DNA of 64,000 bases from Minisyncoccota bacterium (GCA_023135835.1 JAGLSI010000001.1:2400-66399), one strand, 5' to 3'; shown: positions 53,933-64,000, counted from the first letter of the stretch. Program-made: numbers and translations. The notes: generated by a model from the sequence alone, not told the origin.

Positions 53933-54568
53933 ATGGTAGAAGAAAAAGAAATCAAAAAAGAAGATAAAAAAGAAGAAGCAATTAATGTTGTGGCTGATTC
54001 TAATAAAGAGGTTGAGAATAAAAAAGATGTGAAGGATTCTTCTGTAGAAGAAAAAAAATCTTTTCCAAGCAGAGCTCCTTTCAAAAAGAACTTTAATTCT
54101 AGAAAAAGAAAGAAGTTTACAAAACCTCGTTCAGAATTTGATCAAAAAATAATTAAAATTAGAAGAGTTACTCGTGTTATGTCAGGAGGACGAAGATTTA
54201 GTTTTTCTGTAGCTATTGTATTAGGAAATAAAAATGGAAAGGTAGGAGTAGGTGTTGCAAAAGCTAATGATACTGCTTTAGCTATTGAAAAAGCAGCAAA
54301 GAAAGCTAAAAAGAATATGATTGAATTAAAATTAACTAAAAATAATTCAATTCCTTATGATGTTTCTAAAAAATATTGTGCATCAGTAATTCAAATTTTA
54401 CCCACAAAAGAGGGTAGTGGTTTAAGTGTAGGTTCTTCTTTGAAAACTGTTTTAGAATTAGCTGGAATTACAGATGTAACTGCTAAAATAATTAGTAGAG
54501 GAAAGAATCAATTAAATATTGCAAAAGCTACAATTGAAGCTTTGAGAGATTTTGAGGTGCAAAAATAA
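53933..54568 (+). CDS. rpsE: 30S ribosomal protein S5 with Lys/Glu-rich N-terminal extension
   Basis: KIIKIRRVTRVMSGGRRFSFSVAIVLGNKNGKVGVGVAKANDT. Confidence 0.9.
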   Translation: MVEEKEIKKEDKKEEAINVVADSNKEVENKKDVKDSSVEEKKSFPSRAPFKKNFNSRKRKKFTKPRSEFDQKIIKIRRVTRVMSGGRRFSFSVAIVLGNKNGKVGVGVAKANDTALAIEKAAKKAKKNMIELKLTKNNSIPYDVSKKYCASVIQILPTKEGSGLSVGSSLKTVLELAGITDVTAKIISRGKNQLNIAKATIEALRDFEVQK

Positions 54569-54586
54569 AAATATAAGTAAAATATT

Positions 54587-55021
54587 ATGCAATTACATCA
54601 ATTAAAAAGAAAAAATCCAAATAAAACCAGTATTAAAATAGGTAGAGGGGGAAAGCGTGGAAAAACTTCTGGAAGGGGTCATAAAGGTCAAAATGCCAGA
54701 GCAGGAACAAGTAAAAGACCTGAAATGAGAGAAGTTATAAAAAGATTACCTAAAAAGAGAGGTTACAACTTCAAGTCTTTCCAAAAGAGACCCGTGTTAG
54801 TTAATCTTGCTATTCTTGAAAAAAGTTTTTCAGCAGGTGATGAAGTTACTCCTAAAATTTTATTTGAAAAATCAGTTATTAAGAGGAAAGAAAATAAAAT
54901 TCCTGATGTAAAAATCTTAGGAAATGGAGATTTAAATAAAAAATTAGTTATTTCTGGTTGCGTTTTTTCTCAGAGTGCAAAAGATAAGATAGAAAAAAAT
55001 GGGGGTAGTATAAAAGCTTAA
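54587..55021 (+). CDS. rplO: 50S ribosomal protein L15 (no L30 gene between rpsE and rplO)
   Basis: LHQLKRKNPNKTSIKIGRGGKRGKTSGRGHKGQNARAG. Confidence 0.9.
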   Translation: MQLHQLKRKNPNKTSIKIGRGGKRGKTSGRGHKGQNARAGTSKRPEMREVIKRLPKKRGYNFKSFQKRPVLVNLAILEKSFSAGDEVTPKILFEKSVIKRKENKIPDVKILGNGDLNKKLVISGCVFSQSAKDKIEKNGGSIKA

Positions 55022-55050
55022 TTAGTCTAAAATAAATACTTAAAAAACAT

Positions 55051-56319
55051 ATGAATTTTGCTCACAAATTTAAATTAGTTTTTAAAGACAAGAATTTAAG
55101 AAATAGAATTTTCTTTGTTTTAGCTTCTTTAATTGTTTTTAGAGCCTTAGCTTCTATTCCAATTCCAGGAGTAGATATAGCTAGGTTAAATGAATTTTTC
55201 TCTAATAGTCAATTTTTAGGGTTGTTAAACATGTTTTCTGGTGGAGGTTTGTCTAGTTTATCTATTGTGATGCTTGGTGTTTCTCCGTACATTACAGCTT
55301 CTATTATAATGCAGTTAATGACCATGATGATTCCAAAATTAAAGGAAATGTATCATGAAGAAGGAGAGGCTGGAAAGAAAAAATTTAGTCAGTATTCACG
55401 ATTGCTAACAATTCCATTGGCTTTAATTCAAGGATTTGGATTTTTAAGATTATTGCAAAGTCAGGGAGCTGTAGATATTTTAGGAAATTTTGAATTATTT
55501 ACTAATATAATGGTAATAACTGCAGGTTCTGTTTTGTTAATGTGGATAGGAGAACTAATTTCTGAGTATGGAATAGGAAATGGGGTTTCTCTTTTGATTT
55601 TTGCGGGTATTGTTTCTGGTTTGCCTACTAGTTTAAGTCAATTATATTTTAGTTTTGAAATGTCTCAATTACCGATGTTATTAGGATTCTTGATTGTATC
55701 CATAGCTATAGTTTATGCAATTGTCGTAGTTACTGAAGCAGAAAGACCTATTCCTATAAATTATGCTAAAAGAGTAAGAGGCTCAAAGGTTTATGGCGGG
55801 GTTTCTACTTACTTACCATTAAGAGTAAATCAAGCAGGGGTGATTCCTATTATTTTTGCGATGTCTATTCTTTTATTTCCTCAAATGATTTTAAATTTTT
55901 TGGTGAATTCAAGTAATGAGATAGTTAAGAATGTTTCAGATTTTATGTTAGGGATTATGTCTAATTCTTGGGTTTATGCGGTAATGTATTTTTTGTTAGT
56001 ATTTTTCTTTACTTATTTTTATACAGCAATTACATTTGATCCTGATGCTATTTCACAAAACTTACAAAAAAGCGGAGCTTTTATTCCAGGGGTTCGTCCA
56101 GGAGAGAAAACATCTGAATATTTAGGAAAGGTATTAACAAGAATTACTTTGGTAGGAGCTATTTTCTTAGGAATAATTGCTGTACTACCTTTAATTTTAC
56201 AAGCTTTCACTGGTATTGCAGCTCTGGCTATTGGAGGAACTGCTTTGTTGATTGTAGTTTCAGTTGTTCTTGATTTGGTAAAGAAAATAGACGCTCAGGT
56301 TTCAATGAGAGAATATTAA
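55051..56319 (+). CDS. secY: preprotein translocase subunit SecY
   Basis: 10 TM, LRNRIFFVLASLIVFRALASIPIPG, GISPYITASIIMQL. Confidence 0.95.
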   Translation: MNFAHKFKLVFKDKNLRNRIFFVLASLIVFRALASIPIPGVDIARLNEFFSNSQFLGLLNMFSGGGLSSLSIVMLGVSPYITASIIMQLMTMMIPKLKEMYHEEGEAGKKKFSQYSRLLTIPLALIQGFGFLRLLQSQGAVDILGNFELFTNIMVITAGSVLLMWIGELISEYGIGNGVSLLIFAGIVSGLPTSLSQLYFSFEMSQLPMLLGFLIVSIAIVYAIVVVTEAERPIPINYAKRVRGSKVYGGVSTYLPLRVNQAGVIPIIFAMSILLFPQMILNFLVNSSNEIVKNVSDFMLGIMSNSWVYAVMYFLLVFFFTYFYTAITFDPDAISQNLQKSGAFIPGVRPGEKTSEYLGKVLTRITLVGAIFLGIIAVLPLILQAFTGIAALAIGGTALLIVVSVVLDLVKKIDAQVSMREY

Positions 56320-56329
56320 AACATTAAAA

Positions 56330-56351
56330 CCTGCCTATGCCGGCAGGCAGG
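56330..56351. repeat. GC palindrome CCTGCCTATGCCGGCAGGCAGG flanked by AACATTAAAAC direct repeats
   Basis: family member; followed by terminator 56368-56402. Confidence 0.55.
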
Positions 56352-56531
56352 CACTAGAACATTAAAACAAAAAAATGGTTTGCTAAAGCAAACCATTTTT
56401 TTGTCGCAAATTTTATTGTTTTTGTTTATAATGAATAGTATTAAAATAAATTTTATTTTTGATTAAAGGATTTAAAAAATCGCATAGCGGTTTTTTCTCA
56501 TAAATCCTAAATCTTAAATCTTTTAACAATT

Positions 56532-57125
56532 ATGAAACAAGCATATATTATTATAGGAAGATCAGGTTGTGGTAAAGGAACTCAGGCTGAGTTACTTATA
56601 AATTATTTAAAAAATGATTTAAATAGAAAGGTTTTTGACTTACAGACAGGAGATAAGTTTAGAGATTTTATAAAAGGAGAAGGTTATACTAATAAATTAG
56701 CCAAAGAAATTGGTGATAGAGGAGGACTCCAGCCAATGTTTCTAGTACTTTCTTTATGGGCAACAGCTTTGATTGAGAATCTAAAAGGAGATGAGGATTT
56801 AATTTTAGATGGAATGCCTAGAAAAAAAGATCAAGCAGATGTTTTGCATTCAGTTTTTGATTTTTATAGCTATGATAAACCAAAAGTTATTTACATTAAT
56901 GTTTCTAGAGAGTGGGCTGAAGAAAAATTATTGGCTAGAGGAAGGGGAGATGATGAAGCTGAGAAAATTAAAAATAGACAGGATTGGTTTGATACAGATG
57001 TAATTCCTGTTTTAGGCTTTTATGAAAACCATGAAGACTATGAATTTTTAGATATAAATGGAGATCAAAGTATTGAAGATGTTCACAATGAGATAATGAA
57101 CAAAATCGGAGATTTTGAATTATAA
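56532..57125 (+). CDS. adk: adenylate kinase (divergent)
   Basis: P-loop GRSGCGKGTQAELL, position after secY. Confidence 0.75.
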   Translation: MKQAYIIIGRSGCGKGTQAELLINYLKNDLNRKVFDLQTGDKFRDFIKGEGYTNKLAKEIGDRGGLQPMFLVLSLWATALIENLKGDEDLILDGMPRKKDQADVLHSVFDFYSYDKPKVIYINVSREWAEEKLLARGRGDDEAEKIKNRQDWFDTDVIPVLGFYENHEDYEFLDINGDQSIEDVHNEIMNKIGDFEL

Positions 57126-57219
57126 ATTTTAGATTTTAAATTTTAAATTAATAAAAATTTGATTTGCAAATTTTTAACTTTTAACTTTATAGACTTTATG
57201 AACTTTTGACTAATTTATT
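57126..57219 (+). repeat. inverted-repeat leader element copy G (degenerate 5' arm)
   Basis: aatttgatttgcaaattt hairpin + AACTTTTAACTTTATAGACTTTATGAACTTTTGACTAA 3' arm before map AUG. Confidence 0.55.
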
Positions 57220-57987
57220 ATGCTTCCAAATATATATACAGAAGAAGAAATAGAAATTTTACGAGAAGGCGGTAAAAGGCTTAATTTTATTTTGCATGAA
57301 GTAGCTAAGATTGTAAAAGAGGGAAGCACTCCAGATGACCTAAATTCTTTAGCTGAAAAATTGATTTATGAACAAAGAGATAGTCCTGCTTTTTTAAATT
57401 ATACAACTGATGGACATAGACCATACCCGTCTTCTTTGTGTGTATCTGTAAATGACGAGGCTGTTCATGGAATCGGAAAAGGGAATAAGGTTCCTCTAAA
57501 AGAAGGAGATATTGTAAATATTGATTTAGGCTTAACTCATAAAGGATTAATTACTGATAAGACTTTAATGCTCGGAGTGGGTAAAATAGAATCAGATGAT
57601 ATAAATTTAATAGAAACTACTAAATTAGCTTTAGAAGCTGGAATTAAGGCTATAAAAGCAGGAAATACTACTGGAGATATCGGAAATGCGATAGAAACTT
57701 TAGTAAAAAGTAGAGGTTTTAATGTAATGAAAGAATTGGGAGGGCATGGAGTTGGTAAAGATGTTCATGAAAAACCTTTTGTTCCTAATTTTGGAAGAAA
57801 AGGTGAAGGTGATATCTTAAAAGAAGGAATGGTTATTGCCTTAGAACCAATTGTAACAAAAGGAGAGGGGAAAATTTATACAGCAAATGACGGGCATACT
57901 TATAGAAGTATAGATGGTGCTAATGTTGCTCAGTGGGAAGATACTGTTTTAGTGACAAAAGGAGGTTTTGAAATTTTAACTAGGTAA
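57220..57987 (+). CDS. map: type I methionine aminopeptidase
   Basis: metal ligands in pita-bread fold: D..D..H..E..E pattern (NIDLGLTHKGLITD, HGVGKDVHE, ALEPIV). Confidence 0.9.
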   Translation: MLPNIYTEEEIEILREGGKRLNFILHEVAKIVKEGSTPDDLNSLAEKLIYEQRDSPAFLNYTTDGHRPYPSSLCVSVNDEAVHGIGKGNKVPLKEGDIVNIDLGLTHKGLITDKTLMLGVGKIESDDINLIETTKLALEAGIKAIKAGNTTGDIGNAIETLVKSRGFNVMKELGGHGVGKDVHEKPFVPNFGRKGEGDILKEGMVIALEPIVTKGEGKIYTANDGHTYRSIDGANVAQWEDTVLVTKGGFEILTR

Positions 57988-58136
57988 AAATAAATTCAAA
58001 CATGCTTGCCGACAGGCAGGTTTTTAGTTTATCTTAAGATTTAAGAGGAAGTAATTGTATATTAAAAAAACTACTAATTTTAACAATTTTGTGTATAATT
58101 AAATTCAAAATAATTATTAAATAATATAAAAATTAT

Positions 58137-58613
58137 ATGGAAAAAGCACAAGAAGAAAAAACTTTAATTATAATGAAACCAGATGCAATTCAAAGATCTT
58201 TATTTGGAGAAATTTTACAAAGATTTGAGAGAAAAGGTTTAAAAATTATTGGGGTTAAGATGGCTAAAATATCAGATGTTTTGATTGAAGAACATTATAG
58301 CCATTTAACTGAAAAACCATTTTTTAATACTTTGAAAAATTATATGCAATCATCTCCTGTGGTATTGATTGCTTTAGCTGGTGCAAATGCTATTTCAGCT
58401 ACAAGGTTGATTGTTGGTCCAACTAAAGGATATGAAGCTGATGCAGGAAGTATTCGAGGAGATTATTCTTTGAGTGGACAATCTAACTTAGTACACGCTT
58501 CTGATGCCCCTGAAACAGCTGAAGTTGAGATTAAAAGATTTTTTGCCGAAGAAGAATTGTTTGATTATCAAAAACCTGATTACAAGTTGGTTTACTCAGA
58601 GGATCACTTTTAA
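58137..58613 (+). CDS. ndk: nucleoside-diphosphate kinase
   Basis: TLIIMKPDAIQRSLFGEIL, active-site NLVHASDAPETAEVEIKRFF. Confidence 0.85.
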   Translation: MEKAQEEKTLIIMKPDAIQRSLFGEILQRFERKGLKIIGVKMAKISDVLIEEHYSHLTEKPFFNTLKNYMQSSPVVLIALAGANAISATRLIVGPTKGYEADAGSIRGDYSLSGQSNLVHASDAPETAEVEIKRFFAEEELFDYQKPDYKLVYSEDHF

Positions 58614-58656
58614 GAATCGGTTTTAGAAGTCTGTCAATCTTCACAAAGTAAAAATT

Positions 58657-58840
58657 GGTGTATAATATAAATAGGAGAAATATTTAGCGCAATAACCTAG
58701 CTAAACTTAAAGTAAAAGAGAGCAGGTGTTTCTGATTCACTGAGGTGTCTCGTTCACAGCACTCACCTAGAGATATTCTAGGGCTATCTGTACTAAGTGT
58801 TTCTCCAATAAAAACAACTATCTTCGGATAGCTGTTTTTA
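58657..58840 (+). ncRNA. candidate small RNA: extended -10 TGGTGTATAAT, ~150-nt structured transcript, terminator acaactatcTTCGgatagctgttttt
   Basis: 270-bp ORF-free gap with promoter, internal aggtg...cacct hairpin and UUCG-loop terminator. Confidence 0.3.
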
Positions 58841-58886
58841 TTTTATTTATAGAGACGAACAAAAGCTTTTTTGATATAATTACAGA

Positions 58887-61058
58887 ATGAAATACGAAAA
58901 AGTTTTAAAGAATATAGTGTTAGTATTAATTTTTATTATCCCCTTTGTGCCGTTGGTAGTTTGTTCCTCTTTATTTTTTCCATACATTGTCGGAAAAAAT
59001 GTTTTATTTAGGATACTGGTTGAATTAGCTGTTGGTATTTGGGCAATTTTAGCTTTATTTAATAAAGAGTATCGTATTAAGGTTTCTTGGATTTTTGGAG
59101 GAATTGTTTCTTTGGTATTAATAATGTTTTTCGCTGATTTGTTGGGAGAAAATCCATTAAAGAGTTTTTGGAGTAATTATGAAAGAATGGAGGGGTGGAT
59201 AACTTTAATTCATCTTCTGGGTTACTTTTTAGTATTAACAGGAATGTTGAATTCTAAAAAACTTTGGTCTCGTTTTTTTAATACATCCTTATTGGTGAGT
59301 GCGTGGATTAATTTTTATGGAATTCTTCAATTAATAGGTTGGGCAAGTGCTAATCAGGGAACTTCTAGATTAGATACAACTTTTGGAAATGCTTCTTATC
59401 TTGCTATATATACTGTAATTCATATTTTCTTAGCTTTGTTTTTATGGGCACGACAACATGATTGGAAGAATTTAATGGGCTATTTTTATGGAGGAACAAT
59501 TTTACTTAATATTTATATTCTTTACCATACTGCTACTAGAGGAGCAATTTTAGGATTTATTGGGGCAATTTTATTGATTTCTTTTTTAGTTGCTTTGTTT
59601 GAAAAGGAGAATAAAAAGTTAAAGAAAATTTGTATTGGATTTTTAGTTGGAACTATTTTATTTATAAGTGGTTTTTTGGCAATAAAAGATACTTCTTTTG
59701 TTAGGGGTAGTGAGGTTTTAAATCGTTTTGCTTCTATTTCTTTACAAGAACAGACAACGAAATCTCGTTTTATGATTTGGGATATGGCTTGGCAAGGAGT
59801 AAAAGAAAGACCTGTTTTAGGTTGGGGTCAAGAGAATTTCAACTATGTTTTTAATAAATATTATAATCCTAAGATGTACGGGCAAGAAGAGTGGTTTGAT
59901 AGGACTCACAATGTGTTTATGGATTGGCTAATTGCAGGAGGTTTTTTAGGTTTATTAGCCTACTTATCTCTTTTTGTTAGTATTTTATACTATTTATGGA
60001 ACAAGAAATATGGAAAAGATTTTTCAGTATTTGAAAAAAGTATTTTTACTGGGTTATTGGCTGGTTATTTTATCCATAACTTTTTCGTGTTTGATAATAT
60101 AACTAGTTATATTTTATTTTTTACTATTTTAGCTTTCATACATAATTCAATCAATTTTAAAGAAAATATGGATGATAAAACCTTTGCTTTAGATAAAATA
60201 AGTGACGAGAATAAAAATAAAGTAATTATTCCGTTGATTGTTTTTCTAACTATTTTTTCACTTTATTTTTTTAACACGAAAGGCGTGTTAGCTAATAGAT
60301 CTTTATTATTAGGATTAAGTCCTCATCCAGAGGGTTTATCGGAAAATTTAAAATATTTTGAAAAGGCATTAAGTTATAATTCTTATGCTAATCAAGAAGT
60401 GAGAGAACAATTAATGTTATTTACTGGAAGAGTGGGTGAATTAGGAGGTGATCAGAGTATTAGAAATAATTTTTTTGAGTTGTCCAAGATGGGGATTTTA
60501 AAAGAAATTGAAAGAGATTCTGAAAATACCAGAAATAGAGTTTTGGCTGGGTCTTTTTTTAATAATTCAGGATATTACACAGAAGGATTTATTCAATTAG
60601 AAAAAGCTAGAGAACTATCTCCTAAAAAACAATCTATTTATTTTGTAATGGGCTTAGCTAATATTAATCAAAAAAAATATGATGAGGCCTTAGGTTTATT
60701 CAAAATAGCTTATGAATTAGAGCCAAAATATGATAAAGCAAGAGAATTGTATGCTCTTTCTGCGCTTTATTCAGGAAAAAATGATTTGGCTGATGAGTTG
60801 TTGCTTGAAAAAATTCCAACTGATTTAAGTTTTCTAAATATTTATAAAAATACAGGGCAATTTGATAAGATGATTTTAGTAGCAGAAAAAATAGCAGAGA
60901 AAAACTCTAATGACCCTCAGTCTTTTATTACTCTAGCGGCTGCTTATTATGAGGTGGGTAGAAATTTGGAAGCAATAGAACAATTAAGAATAGCTATTAA
61001 ATTAGATCCTAATTTTAAAGAACAAGGTGAAGCGTTTATTAAAGCGATGCAAGAATAG
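58887..61058 (+). CDS. polytopic membrane protein (O-antigen ligase/Wzy-like N-domain) with C-terminal TPR repeats
   Basis: ~10 TM in first 450 aa, then TPR-like EALGLFKIAYELEPKYDKARELYALSALYSG. Confidence 0.5.
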   Translation: MKYEKVLKNIVLVLIFIIPFVPLVVCSSLFFPYIVGKNVLFRILVELAVGIWAILALFNKEYRIKVSWIFGGIVSLVLIMFFADLLGENPLKSFWSNYERMEGWITLIHLLGYFLVLTGMLNSKKLWSRFFNTSLLVSAWINFYGILQLIGWASANQGTSRLDTTFGNASYLAIYTVIHIFLALFLWARQHDWKNLMGYFYGGTILLNIYILYHTATRGAILGFIGAILLISFLVALFEKENKKLKKICIGFLVGTILFISGFLAIKDTSFVRGSEVLNRFASISLQEQTTKSRFMIWDMAWQGVKERPVLGWGQENFNYVFNKYYNPKMYGQEEWFDRTHNVFMDWLIAGGFLGLLAYLSLFVSILYYLWNKKYGKDFSVFEKSIFTGLLAGYFIHNFFVFDNITSYILFFTILAFIHNSINFKENMDDKTFALDKISDENKNKVIIPLIVFLTIFSLYFFNTKGVLANRSLLLGLSPHPEGLSENLKYFEKALSYNSYANQEVREQLMLFTGRVGELGGDQSIRNNFFELSKMGILKEIERDSENTRNRVLAGSFFNNSGYYTEGFIQLEKARELSPKKQSIYFVMGLANINQKKYDEALGLFKIAYELEPKYDKARELYALSALYSGKNDLADELLLEKIPTDLSFLNIYKNTGQFDKMILVAEKIAEKNSNDPQSFITLAAAYYEVGRNLEAIEQLRIAIKLDPNFKEQGEAFIKAMQE

Positions 61059-61203
61059 GCTTTGTGAGGCAAATTTATTTTTCTTTTCATGTAACATGGA
61101 TAACTAACACTTTATAAAAGAAAATGATTACCTATATCTGCTTTGGTAGATATAGGTAATTTTTTTATTTATAATCCTTGGGTTTTGTGCTAAAATACTC
61201 TTT

Positions 61204-63741
61204 ATGATAAAAAGATTAAAGAAAATTTTTGGTGATCAGAATTCTAAAGAAATTAAGAAATTACAGCCAATTGTTCAGAAAATAAATGATTTAGAAGAAG
61301 AAATCTCAGCTCTTTCTGATGATAAGCTAAAGGACAAGACTAAAGAATTTAAAGAAAGATTAAATAAAAAAGAAAGTTTGGATAATATTCTTCCAGAAGC
61401 TTTTGCTGTGGTTAGGGAAACTTCTAAAAGAACTTTAGGGCAAAGACATTATGATACTCAATTAATGGGAGGAATAGGGTTACATAAAGGTTCAATTTCT
61501 GAAATGAGAACTGGTGAGGGAAAAACATTAGTCGCTACATTACCCGTTTATTTAAATGCACTTTTAGGGGAAAGTGTTCATGTAGTTACTGTTAATGATT
61601 ATCTTTCTCGTAGGGATGCGGTTTGGATGGGACAGATTTATGCATTTTTAGGGTTAAGTATAGGTGTAATTGGGCATGATTCTTCTTTTGTTTATGATTC
61701 CACTCATATTAAAACAGAAGAAGGAAAAGAAGATGATAAAGAAAGAGATTCAGAGGGATCATATAAAGTGGTTGATGAATTTTTGAGACCTTGTTCTCGG
61801 CAAGAAGCTTATAAGGTTGATATTACTTATGGGACTAATAGTGAGTTTGGCTTTGATTACTTAAGGGATAATATTGAACATAATAAAGAAAATTTGCGAC
61901 AACGAGGTTATAGTTTTGTAATTGTTGATGAAATTGATTCTATTTTAATTGATGAAGCTAGAACTCCTTTAATTATTTCTATTCCTGATAAAGAGTCTGG
62001 AGGATTATATGCTAAGTTTTCACAAATTTCGCAAGGCTTAAAAGAAGGAGAGGACTTTGAGATAGATGAAAAGAAAAAAGCTATTTCTTTGAAAGACTCT
62101 GGAATTGAAAAGGCAGAAAAAGCTCTTGGGGTAGGTAATATTTATACAGAAAAAGGGATTAAATATGTGCATCATTTAGAAACAGCAGTTAGGGCCAAGT
62201 CTCTTTTTAAATTAAATAAACATTATGTAGTTAAAGACGGGTCTATTATAATTGTTGATGAGTTTACTGGACGAATGCAACCTGGTCGTCGTTGGTCAGA
62301 AGGTTTACATCAGGCTATTGAAGCAAAAGAAGGATTAAAGGTACAAAACGAATCAAGGACTTTTGCTTCTATTACTTATCAAAATTATTTTCGAATGTAT
62401 AAAAAACTGAGCGGAATGACAGGAACAGCCCAAACATCGGCTGAAGAGTTTTTGAAAGTTTATGGTTTAGATGTTTTAGTTTTACCAACTAATAAGCCAA
62501 TTCAAAGAAAGGATGAAAATGATTTAATTTTTCAAACTAAGAATGGAAAATTTCAGGCTATTGCGAGAGAAGTAAAGGAATTAAATAAAAAAGGACAGCC
62601 TATTTTAATCGGAACAGTTTCAATTGAAAATAACGAGTTACTTTCTGCTTATTTAAATAAGGAGGGGATTAAGCATGAAATTTTAAATGCTAAGAACCAT
62701 GAGCGAGAAGGAGAAATTGTAGCTGCAGCAGGAGAAAAAGGAAAAGTAACTGTGGCTACCAACATGGCTGGTCGTGGAGTGGATATTAAATTAGGAGGGC
62801 TTCCTTTTGATGAAAATAAAAAGAAAGAAGTTTTGGATTTAGGAGGTTTATTTGTATTGGGAACAGAAAGACACGAAGCAAGGAGGGTTGATAATCAGTT
62901 AAGGGGAAGAACAGGAAGACAAGGGGATGTTGGTCAAACTCAATTTTTTGTATCAATGGAAGATTCTTTGATGAGGGTTTTTGCTTCATCTAATATTAAA
63001 GGGATGATGGGGAAATTAGGTATTCCTGAAGATCAGCCCATTGAAAATAAAATGGTTTCTAAGGCTCTTGAATCTGCACAGACTAAAATAGAAGGTTTCC
63101 ATTTTGATTCTCGTCGTCATGTTTTGCAATATGATGATGTTTTGAATCATCAAAGACAAATTGTATATTCTAGAAGACGAGATGTTTTATTAGGAGACGA
63201 TAAGTTAGTAAGTGATAAATTTAATGAAATTTTAGAAACTGGAGAAAAAGAAATCATAAATACTATTACACAAAAAAGACTTTTAATAGGGGATAAAGAC
63301 TTTTTAGATATCGTTAGAAAAACTATCTTACAAACAATTGATATGTTTTGGGTAGATCATTTGGAATTAATGGATTATCTTCGTTCCAGTGTGAACCTAA
63401 GAGCTTATGGGCAGAGAGACCCTTTAGTTGAATATAAAAGAGAAGGTTTGCAATTATTTAAGGAAATGCAAAATTCTATTAATGAGCATATTTTAAAATT
63501 AATTCCAAGATTAGATACAGAAACTTTTTTGAAAAATCGGGAAGCGATGGAGAATAGTGGAGCAGTAGAAATGAATAATATTAAACAAGAGGCTGAAAAA
63601 ATAAACGCATCAACTTCAAATCAATCACTTGGTACTACAAGCACTAAGTCAGAGAAAGTAGGTAGAAATGACCCATGTCCTTGTGGGGCAAAGAAATCAG
63701 ATGGAAGTTCAATTAAATATAAAAATTGTTGTGGAAAATAA
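61204..63741 (+). CDS. secA: preprotein translocase ATPase SecA
   Basis: DEAD-like motor motifs (MRTGEGKTLVATLP, VDEIDSILIDEARTPLIIS), C-terminal Zn finger CPCGAKKSDGSSIKYKNCCGK. Confidence 0.95.
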   Translation: MIKRLKKIFGDQNSKEIKKLQPIVQKINDLEEEISALSDDKLKDKTKEFKERLNKKESLDNILPEAFAVVRETSKRTLGQRHYDTQLMGGIGLHKGSISEMRTGEGKTLVATLPVYLNALLGESVHVVTVNDYLSRRDAVWMGQIYAFLGLSIGVIGHDSSFVYDSTHIKTEEGKEDDKERDSEGSYKVVDEFLRPCSRQEAYKVDITYGTNSEFGFDYLRDNIEHNKENLRQRGYSFVIVDEIDSILIDEARTPLIISIPDKESGGLYAKFSQISQGLKEGEDFEIDEKKKAISLKDSGIEKAEKALGVGNIYTEKGIKYVHHLETAVRAKSLFKLNKHYVVKDGSIIIVDEFTGRMQPGRRWSEGLHQAIEAKEGLKVQNESRTFASITYQNYFRMYKKLSGMTGTAQTSAEEFLKVYGLDVLVLPTNKPIQRKDENDLIFQTKNGKFQAIAREVKELNKKGQPILIGTVSIENNELLSAYLNKEGIKHEILNAKNHEREGEIVAAAGEKGKVTVATNMAGRGVDIKLGGLPFDENKKKEVLDLGGLFVLGTERHEARRVDNQLRGRTGRQGDVGQTQFFVSMEDSLMRVFASSNIKGMMGKLGIPEDQPIENKMVSKALESAQTKIEGFHFDSRRHVLQYDDVLNHQRQIVYSRRRDVLLGDDKLVSDKFNEILETGEKEIINTITQKRLLIGDKDFLDIVRKTILQTIDMFWVDHLELMDYLRSSVNLRAYGQRDPLVEYKREGLQLFKEMQNSINEHILKLIPRLDTETFLKNREAMENSGAVEMNNIKQEAEKINASTSNQSLGTTSTKSEKVGRNDPCPCGAKKSDGSSIKYKNCCGK

Positions 63742-63826
63742 TTTTTGGTAATTGATTATGTAGCAACATTCTCCTCAGGAGGATGGTTCTGGAAAAAAAA
63801 TATAAAAAATGTTGCGGAAAGTAAAT

Positions 63827-64000
63827 TATGAAAAAACTAGAGGATTTAAGTGATGGGAGAATTTTATATAAAAGTCATAGGGCTGAGCCATATTTTAGTT
63901 TCATTAAAAACGGAGTAAAAAATATTGAAGGACGAGTTTTAAAAAATCTATATAAAGATTTAAAACCAGAAGATGAGATTTTAATTTTTAATAACGAAGA
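63827..64000 (+). CDS. ASCH-like domain protein, 3' end outside window
   Basis: MKKLEDLSDGRILYKSHRAEPYFSFIKNGVKNIEGRVLKNLYKDLKPEDEILIFNNE pattern resembles ASCH/PUA-like. Confidence 0.35.

Noticed and set aside
1-64000. CRISPR arrays, tRNA or rRNA genes
   Set aside because: No regularly spaced direct repeats with unique spacers. No TpsiC-loop-like GGTTCGAATCC-type motifs or cloverleaf candidates, and no rRNA-like conserved stretches, were seen by eye. Absence cannot be proven without tRNAscan or cmsearch.

Overview
AT-rich (~30% GC), gene-dense bacterial window with nearly all genes on the + strand. The gene content points to a Candidate Phyla Radiation (Parcubacteria-like) genome: secE-nusG-rplK with no rplA, rplJ-rplL elsewhere, rpsF-ssb-rpsR, a partial S10/spc ribosomal cluster (rpsS...rplO-secY-adk-map-ndk) with no rpmD (L30), three aaRS (IleRS, GlyRS, MetRS), recA, ftsK, secA, thyA, recO, tatD. 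Accessory and unusual content seen by eye: (1) a ~2 kb type II m5C restriction-modification cassette (Dcm-type MTase, HNH endonuclease, small TM-wHTH gene) inserted inside the spc operon between rplE and rpsN, bounded by two identical 28-bp palindromic repeats. (2) A 4.7-kb co-directional cassette 35546-40254 that I flag as a candidate undescribed system: a MutL/MORC-type GHKL ATPase, an unknown 294-aa protein, a 515-aa protein combining an RNAP alpha-CTD-like HhH, a DnaA domain-IV HTH, a sigma-70 region-4 HTH and tandemly duplicated Zn ribbons, and a TM-wHTH gene paralogous to the last gene of the R-M cassette. (3) A ~1.5 kb islet of small genes with GC-ending codons next to rplJ. (4) A 1190-aa S-layer-like surface protein flanked by copies of a structured repeat. 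(5) A family of seven ~100-bp inverted-repeat elements placed directly before start codons, mostly of ribosomal protein genes; they also fooled the ORF caller for ssb and rpsH. (6) A second conserved long-range stem that pairs across the AUG of three membrane-protein genes. (7) Four perfect DnaA boxes (TTATCCACA) upstream of promoters. (8) An isoleucyl-tRNA synthetase carrying an inserted histidine-phosphatase (RHG) domain. No tRNA, rRNA or CRISPR array was recognised.
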